NCBI GenBank assembly: GCA_041389765.1 | Contig: JAWKRE010000002.1 | Span: 11,908 to 75,907 of the forward strand | Origin: Polyangiaceae bacterium | GTDB taxonomy: Bacteria; Myxococcota_A; Polyangia; Polyangiales; Polyangiaceae | Direction of reading: 5' to 3' | Length of the DNA: 64,000 bases | Shown here: piece after piece, positions 28,700-38,379 of the stretch | Layout of the letters: each line of letters begins with the position of its first letter | Position numbering within the stretch: the first letter of the stretch is position 1 | Translations under genes and position numbers: made by a program | Notes under the pieces: generated by a model | Database searches by the model: none | Told to the model about the DNA's origin: nothing | What the model saw: only the letters and a program-made list of their open reading frames with translations

Positions 28700-29346
28700 C
28701 GACCGAGACCTTGTCTCGCGACGTGGCGTGGGAGCCCTCGGGGCACCTGTCGGAGGTCGCGTTGACCGCCGCCGCCGACGGCGAAGAGACCCTGCTCGAC
28801 ACGAACATGCGCGCGCACCTGGACGCGTGCGACGACTGCGCCGTGCGCCTCGGCGAGCTCGCCCTGCGCGCCGCCGACGTGGGCGCCGCCCTCGCATCGC
28901 TCCCCGGGCTCGCCCCCGCCGAGGTCGCCGACCGCGCCCCCGTGATCGAGCTCGCCCCTTCGATCGAGCCCGCGCCCGTGATCGTGCCGTCGAAGGTCAC
29001 CGCGCCCTCCTCGCTCCGCGGCTCGCAAGGCAAGGCGCAGCTCGCCCGCGAGAAGCGCAAGGTGCCGGTCGCCGCCGTCGTGGTGGGCCTGGCCCTCGCG
29101 CTCGTGAGCGCCGCCCCCTCGCTCGCAGGCCTCGTCGCGGAGGCCTCGCAGGCCACGAGCGTGCTCGTGAAGGTGATGCCCTCGCTCGTGCGGCTGGTGC
29201 CGCAGGCGGCGGCGCGTGCGTGGCACGGCTCGCTCGGTGTGGGCGCTGTCGCCGTGTGGTGCCTGTCGGTCGCCCTCGTGGCCGCCGGGTTCGGGATTGC
29301 TCGAAGAGCTTCGAAGAGACTTGTGACGGACGGAGGACGACAATGA
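28696..29346 (+). CDS. anti-sigma factor (zinc-binding ZAS-like N-terminus, single TM)
   Basis: ATGA overlap with the sigma gene. HLDACDDCAVRL matches the H-x3-C-x2-C ZAS motif. Central TM helix VAAVVVGLALALVSAAPSLAGLV. Confidence 0.65.
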   Translation: MTTETLSRDVAWEPSGHLSEVALTAAADGEETLLDTNMRAHLDACDDCAVRLGELALRAADVGAALASLPGLAPAEVADRAPVIELAPSIEPAPVIVPSKVTAPSSLRGSQGKAQLAREKRKVPVAAVVVGLALALVSAAPSLAGLVAEASQATSVLVKVMPSLVRLVPQAAARAWHGSLGVGAVAVWCLSVALVAAGFGIARRASKRLVTDGGRQ

Positions 29347-30848
29347 GGTTCCGTGGTGAAGGACGGCTGCTCGCGTGCGCGGCGGCCCTGGGAGCGGTGA
29401 CGCTGCTTTCGCCGGGCGCGATGGCGCTCGTGAAGCACGAGGGCGCCTGGCCCGGTTCGGACAAGAAGGTCACCCTCGACCTCTCGCGCGTGAGCCGCGA
29501 CGAGGCCATCCGCAAGCTCGCGGACGCCGCCGGCTGGAGCGTCGTCGTCCACGCCCCCGCCGCCGATCCTGTCGATCTGCACGTCAAGGATCAGCCCGCC
29601 GACAAGGTCCTCGATCTCCTCCTCCTCGACGCCGACTACGTCGCCACGCGCGACGGCTCGCTCCTCTCGATCCGCCGCACCTCCGCGAGCCCCGCCCCCA
29701 AGAGCGACGCCGCGAAGGACGACTCCCCCAAGTCCGACGCCCCCAAGAGCGCCGCTGCCCCGCCGGCCGTCCCCGCGCCGCCCGCCCCGCCCGAGCCGCC
29801 GGCCGTCCCCGCGGTGCCCGCCCCGCCGGCCGTCCCCGAGCCGCCCGCGCCCCCTGCTCCGCCCGTGCTCGCCGCGCCGGACGCCCCCGATGCGCCGGAC
29901 GCCCCCGACGCCCCCGACGCCGATGACGAGGAGGCCCGCGATCTCGACGTGATGGGTGAAAACGTCAAGGTCGGCAAGGACGAGGTCGTCGACGACATCG
30001 CCATCATGGGCGGCAACCTCGACGTGTACGGCACCGTCACCGGCGACATCGACGTCACCGGCGGCAACGTCCACATCCACGAGGGCGCCCACGTGCACGG
30101 CGACGTCGCCGTGATGGGCGGCAACGTCCGCGTCGACGACGAGGGCCGCATCGACGGCGATCTCGACGTCGCCGGCGGCTCCGTCAAGCGCGGCGACAAG
30201 GCCATCATCGGCGGCGACGTCCGCGGTCGCCCCGGCTCCCTCAAGGGCCGCATGGGCCACAGGCTCGGCCACGGCAGCCACGATCACGACGACGACGATC
30301 ACGACGACATGGCGAAGGCCGGCCCCACCATCGTGAAGGCCAAGGCCGCCGAGGTCGGCTCCTCGTTCGCCCGCGCCGCCCTCCTCTTCGTGCTCGGCAC
30401 CGTGCTCCTCGCGCTCTCCCCCGAGCGCATGGACAACCTCAAGGCCGAGCTCGTCGCGCGCCCCATGCGCTCCTTCGCGATGGGCGTGCTCGGCATCCTC
30501 GGCGCGTTCGCCACCTTCCTCGCGCTGTGCGTCACCGTCGTCGGCATCCCCTTCGCGCTGATCGGCGCTGTCGTCGCCCTCTTCGCCCTCGCCGCCAGCC
30601 TGTGCGCCGTCCTCGAAACCGTCGGCCGCGCCCTCGTGCGCCACAAGTCGCAGAACCCGTACGTCCACCTCGCCGTCGGCAGCCTCCTCTTCCTCGCCGC
30701 CACGTCGCTCCCCTTCGTCGGCCCCATCGTCGGCCTGGTCACCACGGTGCTCGCCGCCGGCATCCTCGTCTCGACCCGCGGCGCCGGCCTCATCCGCCAG
30801 AAGAACGGCGGCGCCGAGCCCTACCGCGCCGCCCCCACCCCCATCTGA
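29343..30848 (+). CDS. membrane protein with DUF4097/bactofilin-like beta-repeat domain and Pro-rich linker (LiaG-like putative adhesin)
   Basis: ATGA overlap with the anti-sigma gene. Signal peptide. Pro/Ala repeats (PAVPAPPAPPEPP..., PDAPDAPDAPD). Repetitive GGNLDVYGTVTGDIDVTGGNVHIHEGAHVHGDVAVMGGNVRVDDEGRIDGDLDVAGGSV. His/Asp-rich stretch, then 4-5 C-terminal TM helices. Confidence 0.6.
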   Translation: MRFRGEGRLLACAAALGAVTLLSPGAMALVKHEGAWPGSDKKVTLDLSRVSRDEAIRKLADAAGWSVVVHAPAADPVDLHVKDQPADKVLDLLLLDADYVATRDGSLLSIRRTSASPAPKSDAAKDDSPKSDAPKSAAAPPAVPAPPAPPEPPAVPAVPAPPAVPEPPAPPAPPVLAAPDAPDAPDAPDAPDADDEEARDLDVMGENVKVGKDEVVDDIAIMGGNLDVYGTVTGDIDVTGGNVHIHEGAHVHGDVAVMGGNVRVDDEGRIDGDLDVAGGSVKRGDKAIIGGDVRGRPGSLKGRMGHRLGHGSHDHDDDDHDDMAKAGPTIVKAKAAEVGSSFARAALLFVLGTVLLALSPERMDNLKAELVARPMRSFAMGVLGILGAFATFLALCVTVVGIPFALIGAVVALFALAASLCAVLETVGRALVRHKSQNPYVHLAVGSLLFLAATSLPFVGPIVGLVTTVLAAGILVSTRGAGLIRQKNGGAEPYRAAPTPI

Positions 30849-31049
30849 CCCTCCACTCCCCTGCGCCCGCCGCCCTCCCCATCTTGCGCGCGCCACTCCT
30901 CTGACACCCCCACCTCGCGCCCGCCGCCCGCCCCACCTCGCGCCCGCCGCGCACTCCCCACCTCGCGCCCGCCGCCCACTCCCCCCCTCTCGCCCGCCCC
31001 GGACACTCCCCATCTCACCCCCCGCCCGCGCATCACGCACAGCTCGTAT

Positions 31050-31976
31050 TCAATCCGCCGGCTCCTCCACGAAGTGAAACCACTGCGTCGGGTGCCGCCC
31101 GATGAAGTCGTGCATCGCGTTCGCCATCGCCTGCGCCGCCAAGTCGAGCTGCTCCCCCGTCGGCCTCCGCGCGATCCGGATCGGATCCATCACCTCCGCC
31201 TCGTATTGCATGAACGCGAGCCGCCTCGTGAAGATCGGCAGCAGCGGCGCCCCGCTCACCGCCGCCAGCGTCAGCGGCCCTTCCGGGATCCGCCACGCCC
31301 CCCCCGGCAGCCGCGCCGTCCTGTGCCGCATCCCCGGCGGCACCCGATCGAGCTGCATCGCCACCACCGCGTTCCGCCGCAGCGCGTGCAGCAACGGCAG
31401 CGCATCGAACGCGCTCTCCCCGATGTGCGCCACCTTCACCCCCGCCCGCTCTCGCGCCCGATCCTGGATCGCCCGCGCGTGCTCATCTCGCTCGCGCTGC
31501 ATCACCACCCACACCTCCCCCGGGTGAACGCTCCGCATCACCGACCCAGCGAACTCCCACCCCGCCGTGTGCGCCGTCACGATGATCACCCCCCGCCCCT
31601 CCGCCGCGCACGCCTGATACTTCTCCACCCCTCGCGGCAGCGACGCCATCGCATACCGCCGCCCGTCCAGCAGCATCGCCTCCGTCAGGCACGACGCGTA
31701 GTTCGCGAACACCGCCGCCACCTCGCGCGCCTCCTGCGCCGTCGCCCTCGGCCCCAGCACGCGCCGCAGGTTATCGCGCACGATCCTCCGCGTCTTCGGC
31801 AGCGCCGCCCAGAACCCCAGCCCCCACAGCGGCGGGCTGTACTTCACCCACGCCTCGGGCCCGTGCTCCACCCCGGCCCGCATCAGTCGTCGCCAGAACG
31901 CCGAATCGGACCGCAGCCTCTCCACGAGCTCTCGCCGCAGGCCCGCCGCGACATCCCGCAGCCTGGACGTATCCAT
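31050..31976 (-). CDS. lysophospholipid/lipid A acyltransferase family protein (LpxL/HtrB-like)
   Basis: 308 aa. Central region ...GRGVIIVTAHTAGWEFAGSVM... with the overall LPLAT architecture. Assigned by family resemblance only. Confidence 0.6.
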   Translation of the reverse strand: MDTSRLRDVAAGLRRELVERLRSDSAFWRRLMRAGVEHGPEAWVKYSPPLWGLGFWAALPKTRRIVRDNLRRVLGPRATAQEAREVAAVFANYASCLTEAMLLDGRRYAMASLPRGVEKYQACAAEGRGVIIVTAHTAGWEFAGSVMRSVHPGEVWVVMQRERDEHARAIQDRARERAGVKVAHIGESAFDALPLLHALRRNAVVAMQLDRVPPGMRHRTARLPGGAWRIPEGPLTLAAVSGAPLLPIFTRRLAFMQYEAEVMDPIRIARRPTGEQLDLAAQAMANAMHDFIGRHPTQWFHFVEEPAD

Positions 31977-32041
31977 CGCGCCCCTCCTACCACGTCCACC
32001 GCGCGCAGCGCCCCACGATCCGCCCCGCCCCGCCCCGCCGC

Positions 32042-33580
32042 CTAAAGCTGAAAGAAATTCTTGATCCGATCGATGAACTGCAAGCTCTTCAAGTCCGTAT
32101 CCCGGTCCCCCCCCGGCAGGTTCTCCGCGTGCTCATCCAGCATCATCTGCCGCTCTGCCAGCACCCGCGAAAGCTCCTGCACCATGTTCGGCGCCCCCTC
32201 CAGCACGTCGTGAAATGGCGCGTGCCCGATCACCATCAGCTCGCACTCCGTGATCGCCTTCACCGTCGCCTGCCGCCGCTCCCCCGTCACCAGCGCCATC
32301 TCCCCGAAGAACTGCCCCGGCCCCAGCCGCGTCACCTCGCTCGTCTGCTGCTTCGCCCCCGTCAGCAGCACCGCCACCGTCCCCCGCTCGATGATGAACA
32401 GCTCGTCCGCCTCCTCATCTTGCCGAACGATGATCTCCCCTGGCGAGAACAGCCGTGTCGTCGCCAGCGCCGCCAGCTTCCGCCGCACCTTCGCGTCCAG
32501 CACCGCCAGCACATCCACGTTCGCCAGCGCCCGCTCGCGCTTCTCGATCCGGTGCTCGTCCTCCCGCGCCCGCGTCTCCTCCGACACCTGATGCACATGC
32601 ACCGTCCGCTGCGGGAACGGGATCGCGAACCCCTTGCGATGCAGCGCGTAATAGATCCGATCCCGCACATCCCCATCGATCCGATCGCGCCGCTCGTAGT
32701 CCTCCGTCCAGAACCGCACCCAGTATTCGATCCCGCTATCCCCAAATTCCTTCGTCACCACGTTCGGCGCCGGCTCCACGAGCACCCCCGGTAGGTTCTC
32801 GAGCGCCGCCAGGATCGTCTCGTGCACCCGCCGCGGAGGCACCTCGTACGCCACGCTCACGTACACGCTCCGTCGCGACATCCGCGTCGGCTTCGTGAAG
32901 TTCACGATAGGCACCTTCGCCAGCAGCCCGTTCGGCACCACCACCTCGGTGTCATCGAGCGTGTGCACCTTCGTCGCCCGCCAGTTGATCTCCACCACTC
33001 GCCCGATGTGGCTCTTCTCCGAGTCGAACGCGACCCAGTCCCCCACATCGAACGGGCGCTGCATCTGGATCGACAGCCCCGCCACCAGGTTCCCCAGCGT
33101 CTCCTGCAGCGACAGACCGATCACCGCCGTCACCACCGCGCCTGTCGTCAGGATCGACCCCGGATCGAACCCCAGCGCCCGCAGCGCCCCCAGCAGCAGG
33201 AACATGTAAACGACCCCCTGCGCGATATCTCGCAGGATGGTCGGCACCGGCCGTTGCAGCCTCCGCCCCAGCAGCACCTCCAGCACCAGCAGCCCGAGCA
33301 GCCGCCCGATCCCGAACAGCAGCGCCACCAGCGACACGAACTTGATCGGCCCGAGCAGGCTCGACTCTTCCGGCACCAGGAGCCCGAGGATCAGCGCCCC
33401 GATGTGCACGAACAGAAAGAACGCCGGCACCCGCAAAAGCCGCTGGTCTTTCCGTGGCAACAGCGCCCGCGTCACCACGAACAGCACCACCGCGAACCCC
33501 AGCCCCACCAGCGCGAGCGCTGCCGAGCCCTTCAACAGATCGCGAAACTCCCTCTCAAGCGGCATCGGCGACCCGCGCAC
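32042..33580 (-). CDS. mechanosensitive ion channel (MscS family) with C-terminal cyclic-nucleotide-binding domain
   Basis: Several TM helices, then the MscS beta domain (VGDWVAFDSEKSHIGRVVEINWRATKVHTLDDTEVVVPNGLLAKVPIVNF). The cNMP-binding domain follows (FFGEMALVTGERRQATVKAITECELMVI). Confidence 0.85.
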   Translation of the reverse strand: MRGSPMPLEREFRDLLKGSAALALVGLGFAVVLFVVTRALLPRKDQRLLRVPAFFLFVHIGALILGLLVPEESSLLGPIKFVSLVALLFGIGRLLGLLVLEVLLGRRLQRPVPTILRDIAQGVVYMFLLLGALRALGFDPGSILTTGAVVTAVIGLSLQETLGNLVAGLSIQMQRPFDVGDWVAFDSEKSHIGRVVEINWRATKVHTLDDTEVVVPNGLLAKVPIVNFTKPTRMSRRSVYVSVAYEVPPRRVHETILAALENLPGVLVEPAPNVVTKEFGDSGIEYWVRFWTEDYERRDRIDGDVRDRIYYALHRKGFAIPFPQRTVHVHQVSEETRAREDEHRIEKRERALANVDVLAVLDAKVRRKLAALATTRLFSPGEIIVRQDEEADELFIIERGTVAVLLTGAKQQTSEVTRLGPGQFFGEMALVTGERRQATVKAITECELMVIGHAPFHDVLEGAPNMVQELSRVLAERQMMLDEHAENLPGGDRDTDLKSLQFIDRIKNFFQL

Positions 33581-33624
33581 GATCGCACGAAACGCCCCAC
33601 CTCACGCGCGCTAATCTGCCCCCC

Positions 33625-34328
<704 letters not shown>

Positions 34329-34332
<4 letters not shown>

Positions 34333-35843
34333 TGATCCCCCTCTCCTTCCGCACCAAGCTCCTCGTCAGCTACCTCGCCCTCGTCGCCTTCGTCGTCCTC
34401 CTCGCCACCTTCGAGCTCAACCGCTCCCTCGGCGAGGACCTCGTCCGCCAGCTCGACACCCGCCTCACTGCCCAGGCCGAGGGCGCCGCCCAGTGGATCG
34501 GCGCCGGCCGCCACCCCAACCGCCTCGCCTCCCGCCTCGCCGGAGTCGTCGGCGCCGAGATCGCCCTCATCGACAGCACTGGCCGTATCCTTGGATACGC
34601 CGACCCCAGGTCCCCCCCTGTCCGCAACACCCCCGGAGCCGCCGAGCCCGACACCCCGCCTCCCCCTCTCACCGACTCCGCCCCTCGCCCCGAGATCGAC
34701 TCTGCCCGCACCACAGGAAAAGGCTTCGCCACCCGCTCCGCCCCCGGCGGCCAGCCCATGCGCTACGTCGCCGTCGCCGCCCCCGGCGGCCTCGTCCTCC
34801 GCCTCGGAGTCCCCCTCTCCGGAGTCGAGGACACCTTGCGTTCCATGCGCACTCGCCTCCTCTTCGCCGCCGCCCTCGCCATGGCCGCCGCAGTCCTCCT
34901 CGGCATCGCCGCCTCCCGCCTCGTCGCCCGCCCTCTCCGCGAAATGTCCGCCGCCGCCCGCAAGATCGCCGCCGGCGACTACAAGGTTCGAGTCCCCGAC
35001 ACCACCCCTGACGAGCTCGGCGATCTCGCGAAAGCCCTCGCCTCCATGGCCACCCAGCTCGAATCCCGCATCGGCGATCTCACCGCCGAGCGCGACCGCC
35101 TCGAAGCCTTGCTCACCCAGGTCCGCCGCCTCGAAGTCGTCCGTCGCGACTTCATCGCCAACGTCTCCCACGAGCTCCGCACCCCTGTCACAGCCATCCA
35201 GGGCTACGCCGAGACCCTCCTCGAAGCCCCCCCCGACTCCCCGCTTCCCCCCGAGACCGCCTCTCGTTTCCTCGCCACCATTTACCGCCACGCCCAGCGC
35301 CTCGCCCGCCTCCTCGAAGACCTCCTCCAGCTAAGCTCCCTCGAATCCCGCCCTGAGGGTGACACTCCGAAGGAGCCAGTCCCCCTCCTCCCCCTCGCCC
35401 AGGAGGTCGCCGCCACCGTCCGCGACCGCTGCCGCGACCGCAAAGCCACTCTCACCCTCGAAGTCCCCGAAGACGCCATCGCCGAAGCCGACCCCGCCGC
35501 CCTCGAACAGGTATTGGAAAACCTCACCGACAACGCCCTCAAGCACACCCCCGAGGGGACCACCGTCACCCTCCGCGCCTCCCTCCACCCCACCACAGTC
35601 CGCATTCAGATCCTCGACACCGGCCCCGGCATCCCCCCCGAGCACCTCCCCCGCCTCTTCGAGCGCTTCTACCGCACCGACCCCTCCCGCTCCCGCGACC
35701 AGGGCGGCGCCGGCCTCGGCCTCGCCATCGTCAAGCACCTTGTCGAGCGCATGCAGGGCACCGTCACCGCGGACAGCACCCTCGGACAGGGCAGCACCTT
35801 CACCGTCACCCTGCCTCGCTCCACCGCGGATCGACCGTCCTGA
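34329..35843 (+). CDS. sensor histidine kinase (HAMP-HisKA-HATPase, PhoR-like)
   Basis: ATGA overlap with the regulator gene. Two TM helices, HAMP, H-box FIANVSHELRTPVTAIQGY, N-box LENLTDNALKHT and G-box GGAGLGLAIVKHLV. Confidence 0.85.
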
Positions 35844-35882
35844 CCTCCTCCCCCCGCCGAAACAGCCCCTCGAAGCAGGGCC

Positions 35883-37304
35883 TCACGATCTCCCGCACCG
35901 CCTGCCGTCGCAGCTCCAGCAGCGCAGTCGTCGAAAGCAGCCCATGCTCCGGCGCCACGATCTCCCCGAGTCAGCGACTCCCCCACCCCGCGCATCGCCT
36001 CTTCGAACACCCTCCGCGCCAGACTCACAGAGCTCCGGCCGCTCCGAGAGCATCCACGAGAGCGCCCGCCACCCCAGCTCCGCGTGCCGCCCCTCCTCCT
36101 CCGCGATCCGCCCCATCGCGGCCCTCACCGCCCGATCCCCCACCATCCCCGCGATCGCCAGCGCCTCCGCCGCCGCCACCGTCTCCCCCACGCAGGCCTC
36201 GCGCACCAGCGCCGCCACGATCTCCGCCGGATCCGTCGCCGGCACCACCCCTGTCACCGGCAGCCCCCCCGGCCCCACCGGCACGCCTGAATACGCGCTC
36301 GCCAGCCCGTAGCAGAGCCGCGCATGCCCCGTCTCATCCATCATGGCCTGTTGCGTCGCCAGCAAGAGATGAGGCGGCGCCCCCATCGCCAGGAGCTCCA
36401 GCGAGAACCGCGCAAAGCTCCCGATGCTCGCGTGCTCCATCGCCCCCATCGCCGCATAATGCTCCGCCAGCGCCCCCCGCACCTCGGCAGTCAGCCCCGC
36501 AGTCTCCGGCGCCATCTCCCCACCTGCCCAGTCCTCCCGCGCACACCTCGGCGCGACCCGGAGGCTCCCCTCCGCGAACAGCGGCCGCCCGATCGTACAC
36601 GTCTGATCGTGACACTCCCACGCCTCCGCCGCCCCCGTCTTCGCGCACTGCTCCCCTGCTGGACAGTCCTTGTCGGCCAGGCAGGCCCCGCCCCCATCCT
36701 GACAGTACAGCCACCGACTCTTCCCGCACCCGTCATCATAGATCGACAGCCCGCACTCCGCCCCCGGGCAATCCTCGCCAGAGTGGCAATCTCCCGCCGT
36801 CACGCACACCGGCGACGACGCGCCATCCACCCCCGCGCACATGCAAGCTGCCCCCGCCTCGCAGTCCTCATCTGTCGCGCACTCGTAATAGCACCCGCAC
36901 CCCGTGATCGTCCCAGGCCCTTGATACGTGTAGTGCTGGCAGTGCCCGTTCGGCAGCGCCGTACAATCCGCGTCCGTCACACACTGCAGCTCTTCCTCGT
37001 TCCCCTCGCACGTCTGCGTCGCCGTCAGCTCACAGGTGACCTTCTTCTCCCGATAGATCCTCCCGTCATCGCACTGCACGAACCCGCTCTCCTCCCCGCT
37101 CGGCTGCAAGATCGCCGTCGCCCCATCGCACGCCGCGGCTCCCCCGCCGCTCCCCCCGTCCCCCCCGGTCCCCACATTCCCATTCCCCCCACAGGCCGAC
37201 ACCGACACCCCGATCGCCGCCAGCAGCGCCCCCCGAAACCCCGCAAAAGAAAGCGAATTCGCGCCCATCGACCCCACCAAGCGCACCCGTGAAAAGCTCG
37301 TCAT
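35883..37304 (-). CDS. lipoprotein with Cys-rich N-terminal domain and ferritin-like diiron C-terminal domain
   Basis: ATG at 37302-37304 with GGAGG upstream. Lipobox GVSVSACGG. About 30 Cys in the first 230 aa. Then ExxH/DExxH/EExxH motifs (MEHASIGSF, MDETGHARL, EEEGRHAELGW). The last ~40 aa look low-complexity, so a frameshift near 36010 is possible. Confidence 0.55.
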   Translation of the reverse strand: MTSFSRVRLVGSMGANSLSFAGFRGALLAAIGVSVSACGGNGNVGTGGDGGSGGGAAACDGATAILQPSGEESGFVQCDDGRIYREKKVTCELTATQTCEGNEEELQCVTDADCTALPNGHCQHYTYQGPGTITGCGCYYECATDEDCEAGAACMCAGVDGASSPVCVTAGDCHSGEDCPGAECGLSIYDDGCGKSRWLYCQDGGGACLADKDCPAGEQCAKTGAAEAWECHDQTCTIGRPLFAEGSLRVAPRCAREDWAGGEMAPETAGLTAEVRGALAEHYAAMGAMEHASIGSFARFSLELLAMGAPPHLLLATQQAMMDETGHARLCYGLASAYSGVPVGPGGLPVTGVVPATDPAEIVAALVREACVGETVAAAEALAIAGMVGDRAVRAAMGRIAEEEGRHAELGWRALSWMLSERPELCESGAEGVRRGDARGGGVADSGRSWRRSMGCFRRLRCWSCDGRRCGRS

Positions 37305-37468
37305 CCTGAACCTCCACCCGGCAGGATAGCCTGTTTGGCGGCCCGGGTACCCTCCCGTCTCCAGATCGCCGCCCATCTCCAGGACTACCTGTCCCGCACA
37401 CCCCGCTTACCCATCCCGAAGCACATTCGTGATGGCGCCCCACCCCCGTTTCGAGCGACACTCCCCAC

Positions 37469-38278
37469 ATGCTCCCCCCGGGCGCCCCCCTCCTCCTCGC
37501 CCTCGCCTCTCTCCTCGCCGTCAATGCGGCCTGGCTCCACTACCTCTGGCTCATCCCGAAAGAGAAGGTCCCCGCCCGCCCCACAGGCCATCTCCTCGCC
37601 TTCGCGACAGCCTCTCTCGTCGCCACCGCCGCCGTCGTCACCGGCGCCCTCGCCCACACCTGGCTCACCCCCGCTCTCCTCGCCGCCCCCGCCCTCGGCC
37701 TCGCCGCCTTCTTCCTCTACCTCCTCCGCCAGGCCCCCCTGCCCGACACCCAGCTCACCGTCGCCGTCGGCTCCCCCCTCCCTCTCATCGAGGCCACTGC
37801 CCACGACGGCGGCCCCCGCAGCACCCGCGATCTCGCTGGCCAGCGCTTGCTCATCAAGTTCTTCCGCGGAAGCTGGTGACCGTACTGTTCCGCCGAGTTG
37901 CGGCGGTTCGCAGAGATGGCCCCTCTCCTCGACAGCCACCGTGTCCGCGTCCTCGCCCTGAGCACCGACACGGTCTCTCAGGCCGCCGCCCACAAGCAGC
38001 GCGACGCCCTCCCCTTCGATCTCCTCTCGGACTCTGACCTTCGTATCCTCCGCAAGCTCGGCCTCGTCCACGAGAAGGGCCTCGCCTTCAAGACATGGAC
38101 CCTCGCCGGCATCCCCCTCGGCGTCCCCTCCGGCAAGAAGAGCATGGCCATCCCCACAACCCTCCTCGTCGACGAACAAGGCATCATCCGCTGGATCGAC
38201 CAGGCCACCGACTACCGCATCCGCGGCGACGAGCACCGCATCACCGCCGCGCTCGCTGCGGTGTTCGGCGCGCCCTGA
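37469..38278 (+). CDS. membrane-anchored thioredoxin-fold redoxin (AhpC/TSA/Redoxin-like); candidate selenoprotein with U-P-Y-C active site read through an in-frame TGA at 37877-37879
   Basis: ORFs 37469..37879 and 37898..38278 share one frame and are separated only by TGA. Translation reads ...LIKFFRGSW-[TGA]-PYCSAELRRFAEMAPLLDSHRVRVLALSTD.... The TGA is exactly where the first Cys of the WCPYC redoxin motif should be. A 6-bp GC stem with AGUUG loop (37890..37906) lies 10 nt downstream at bacterial-SECIS-like spacing. Three N-terminal TM helices. Confidence 0.6.
37877..37906 (+). promoter_or_regulatory. in-frame UGA plus candidate bacterial SECIS hairpin (ccgccg-aguug-cggcgg)
   Basis: Hairpin stem 37890-37895/37901-37906 (6 G:C pairs), apical loop AGUUG with G/U at about +21 to +23 from the U of UGA. 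Comparable to the fdhF SECIS geometry as recalled from memory. Confidence 0.45.
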
Positions 38279-38311
38279 CGCTCACTCTCCGAACAGCACG
38301 GCACCCCCTCC

Positions 38312-38341
38312 CTTGTTGTCGCTTGAACGTGCGACAACAAG
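38312..38341 (+). terminator. perfect 11-bp inverted repeat hairpin (cttgttgtcgc-ttgaacgt-gcgacaacaag) just after the redoxin stop
   Basis: Seen directly in sequence. No U-tract follows, so it could be a terminator-like or operator element between the redoxin and Rpn genes. Confidence 0.4.
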
Positions 38342-38379
38342 CCAATTGCCGCCCTCTCTCTGCGTGATACGTAGTCGAC

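Noticed and set aside
35669-36028. 119-aa minus-strand ORF overlapping the 3' end of the ferritin-like gene in another frame
   Set aside because: It might mark a frameshift in the ferritin-like gene's C-terminus, but no recognisable conserved sequence was found in either frame. Left unresolved and not called separately.
37877-37879. TGA in the redoxin gene considered as a simple nonsense mutation or pseudogene
   Set aside because: Not fully rejected. It is disfavoured because the stop falls exactly on the catalytic Cys codon of a CxxC motif, the downstream 130 codons keep strong codon bias and conserved redoxin residues, and a GC hairpin sits at SECIS-like spacing. Needs genome-wide Sec-machinery evidence.
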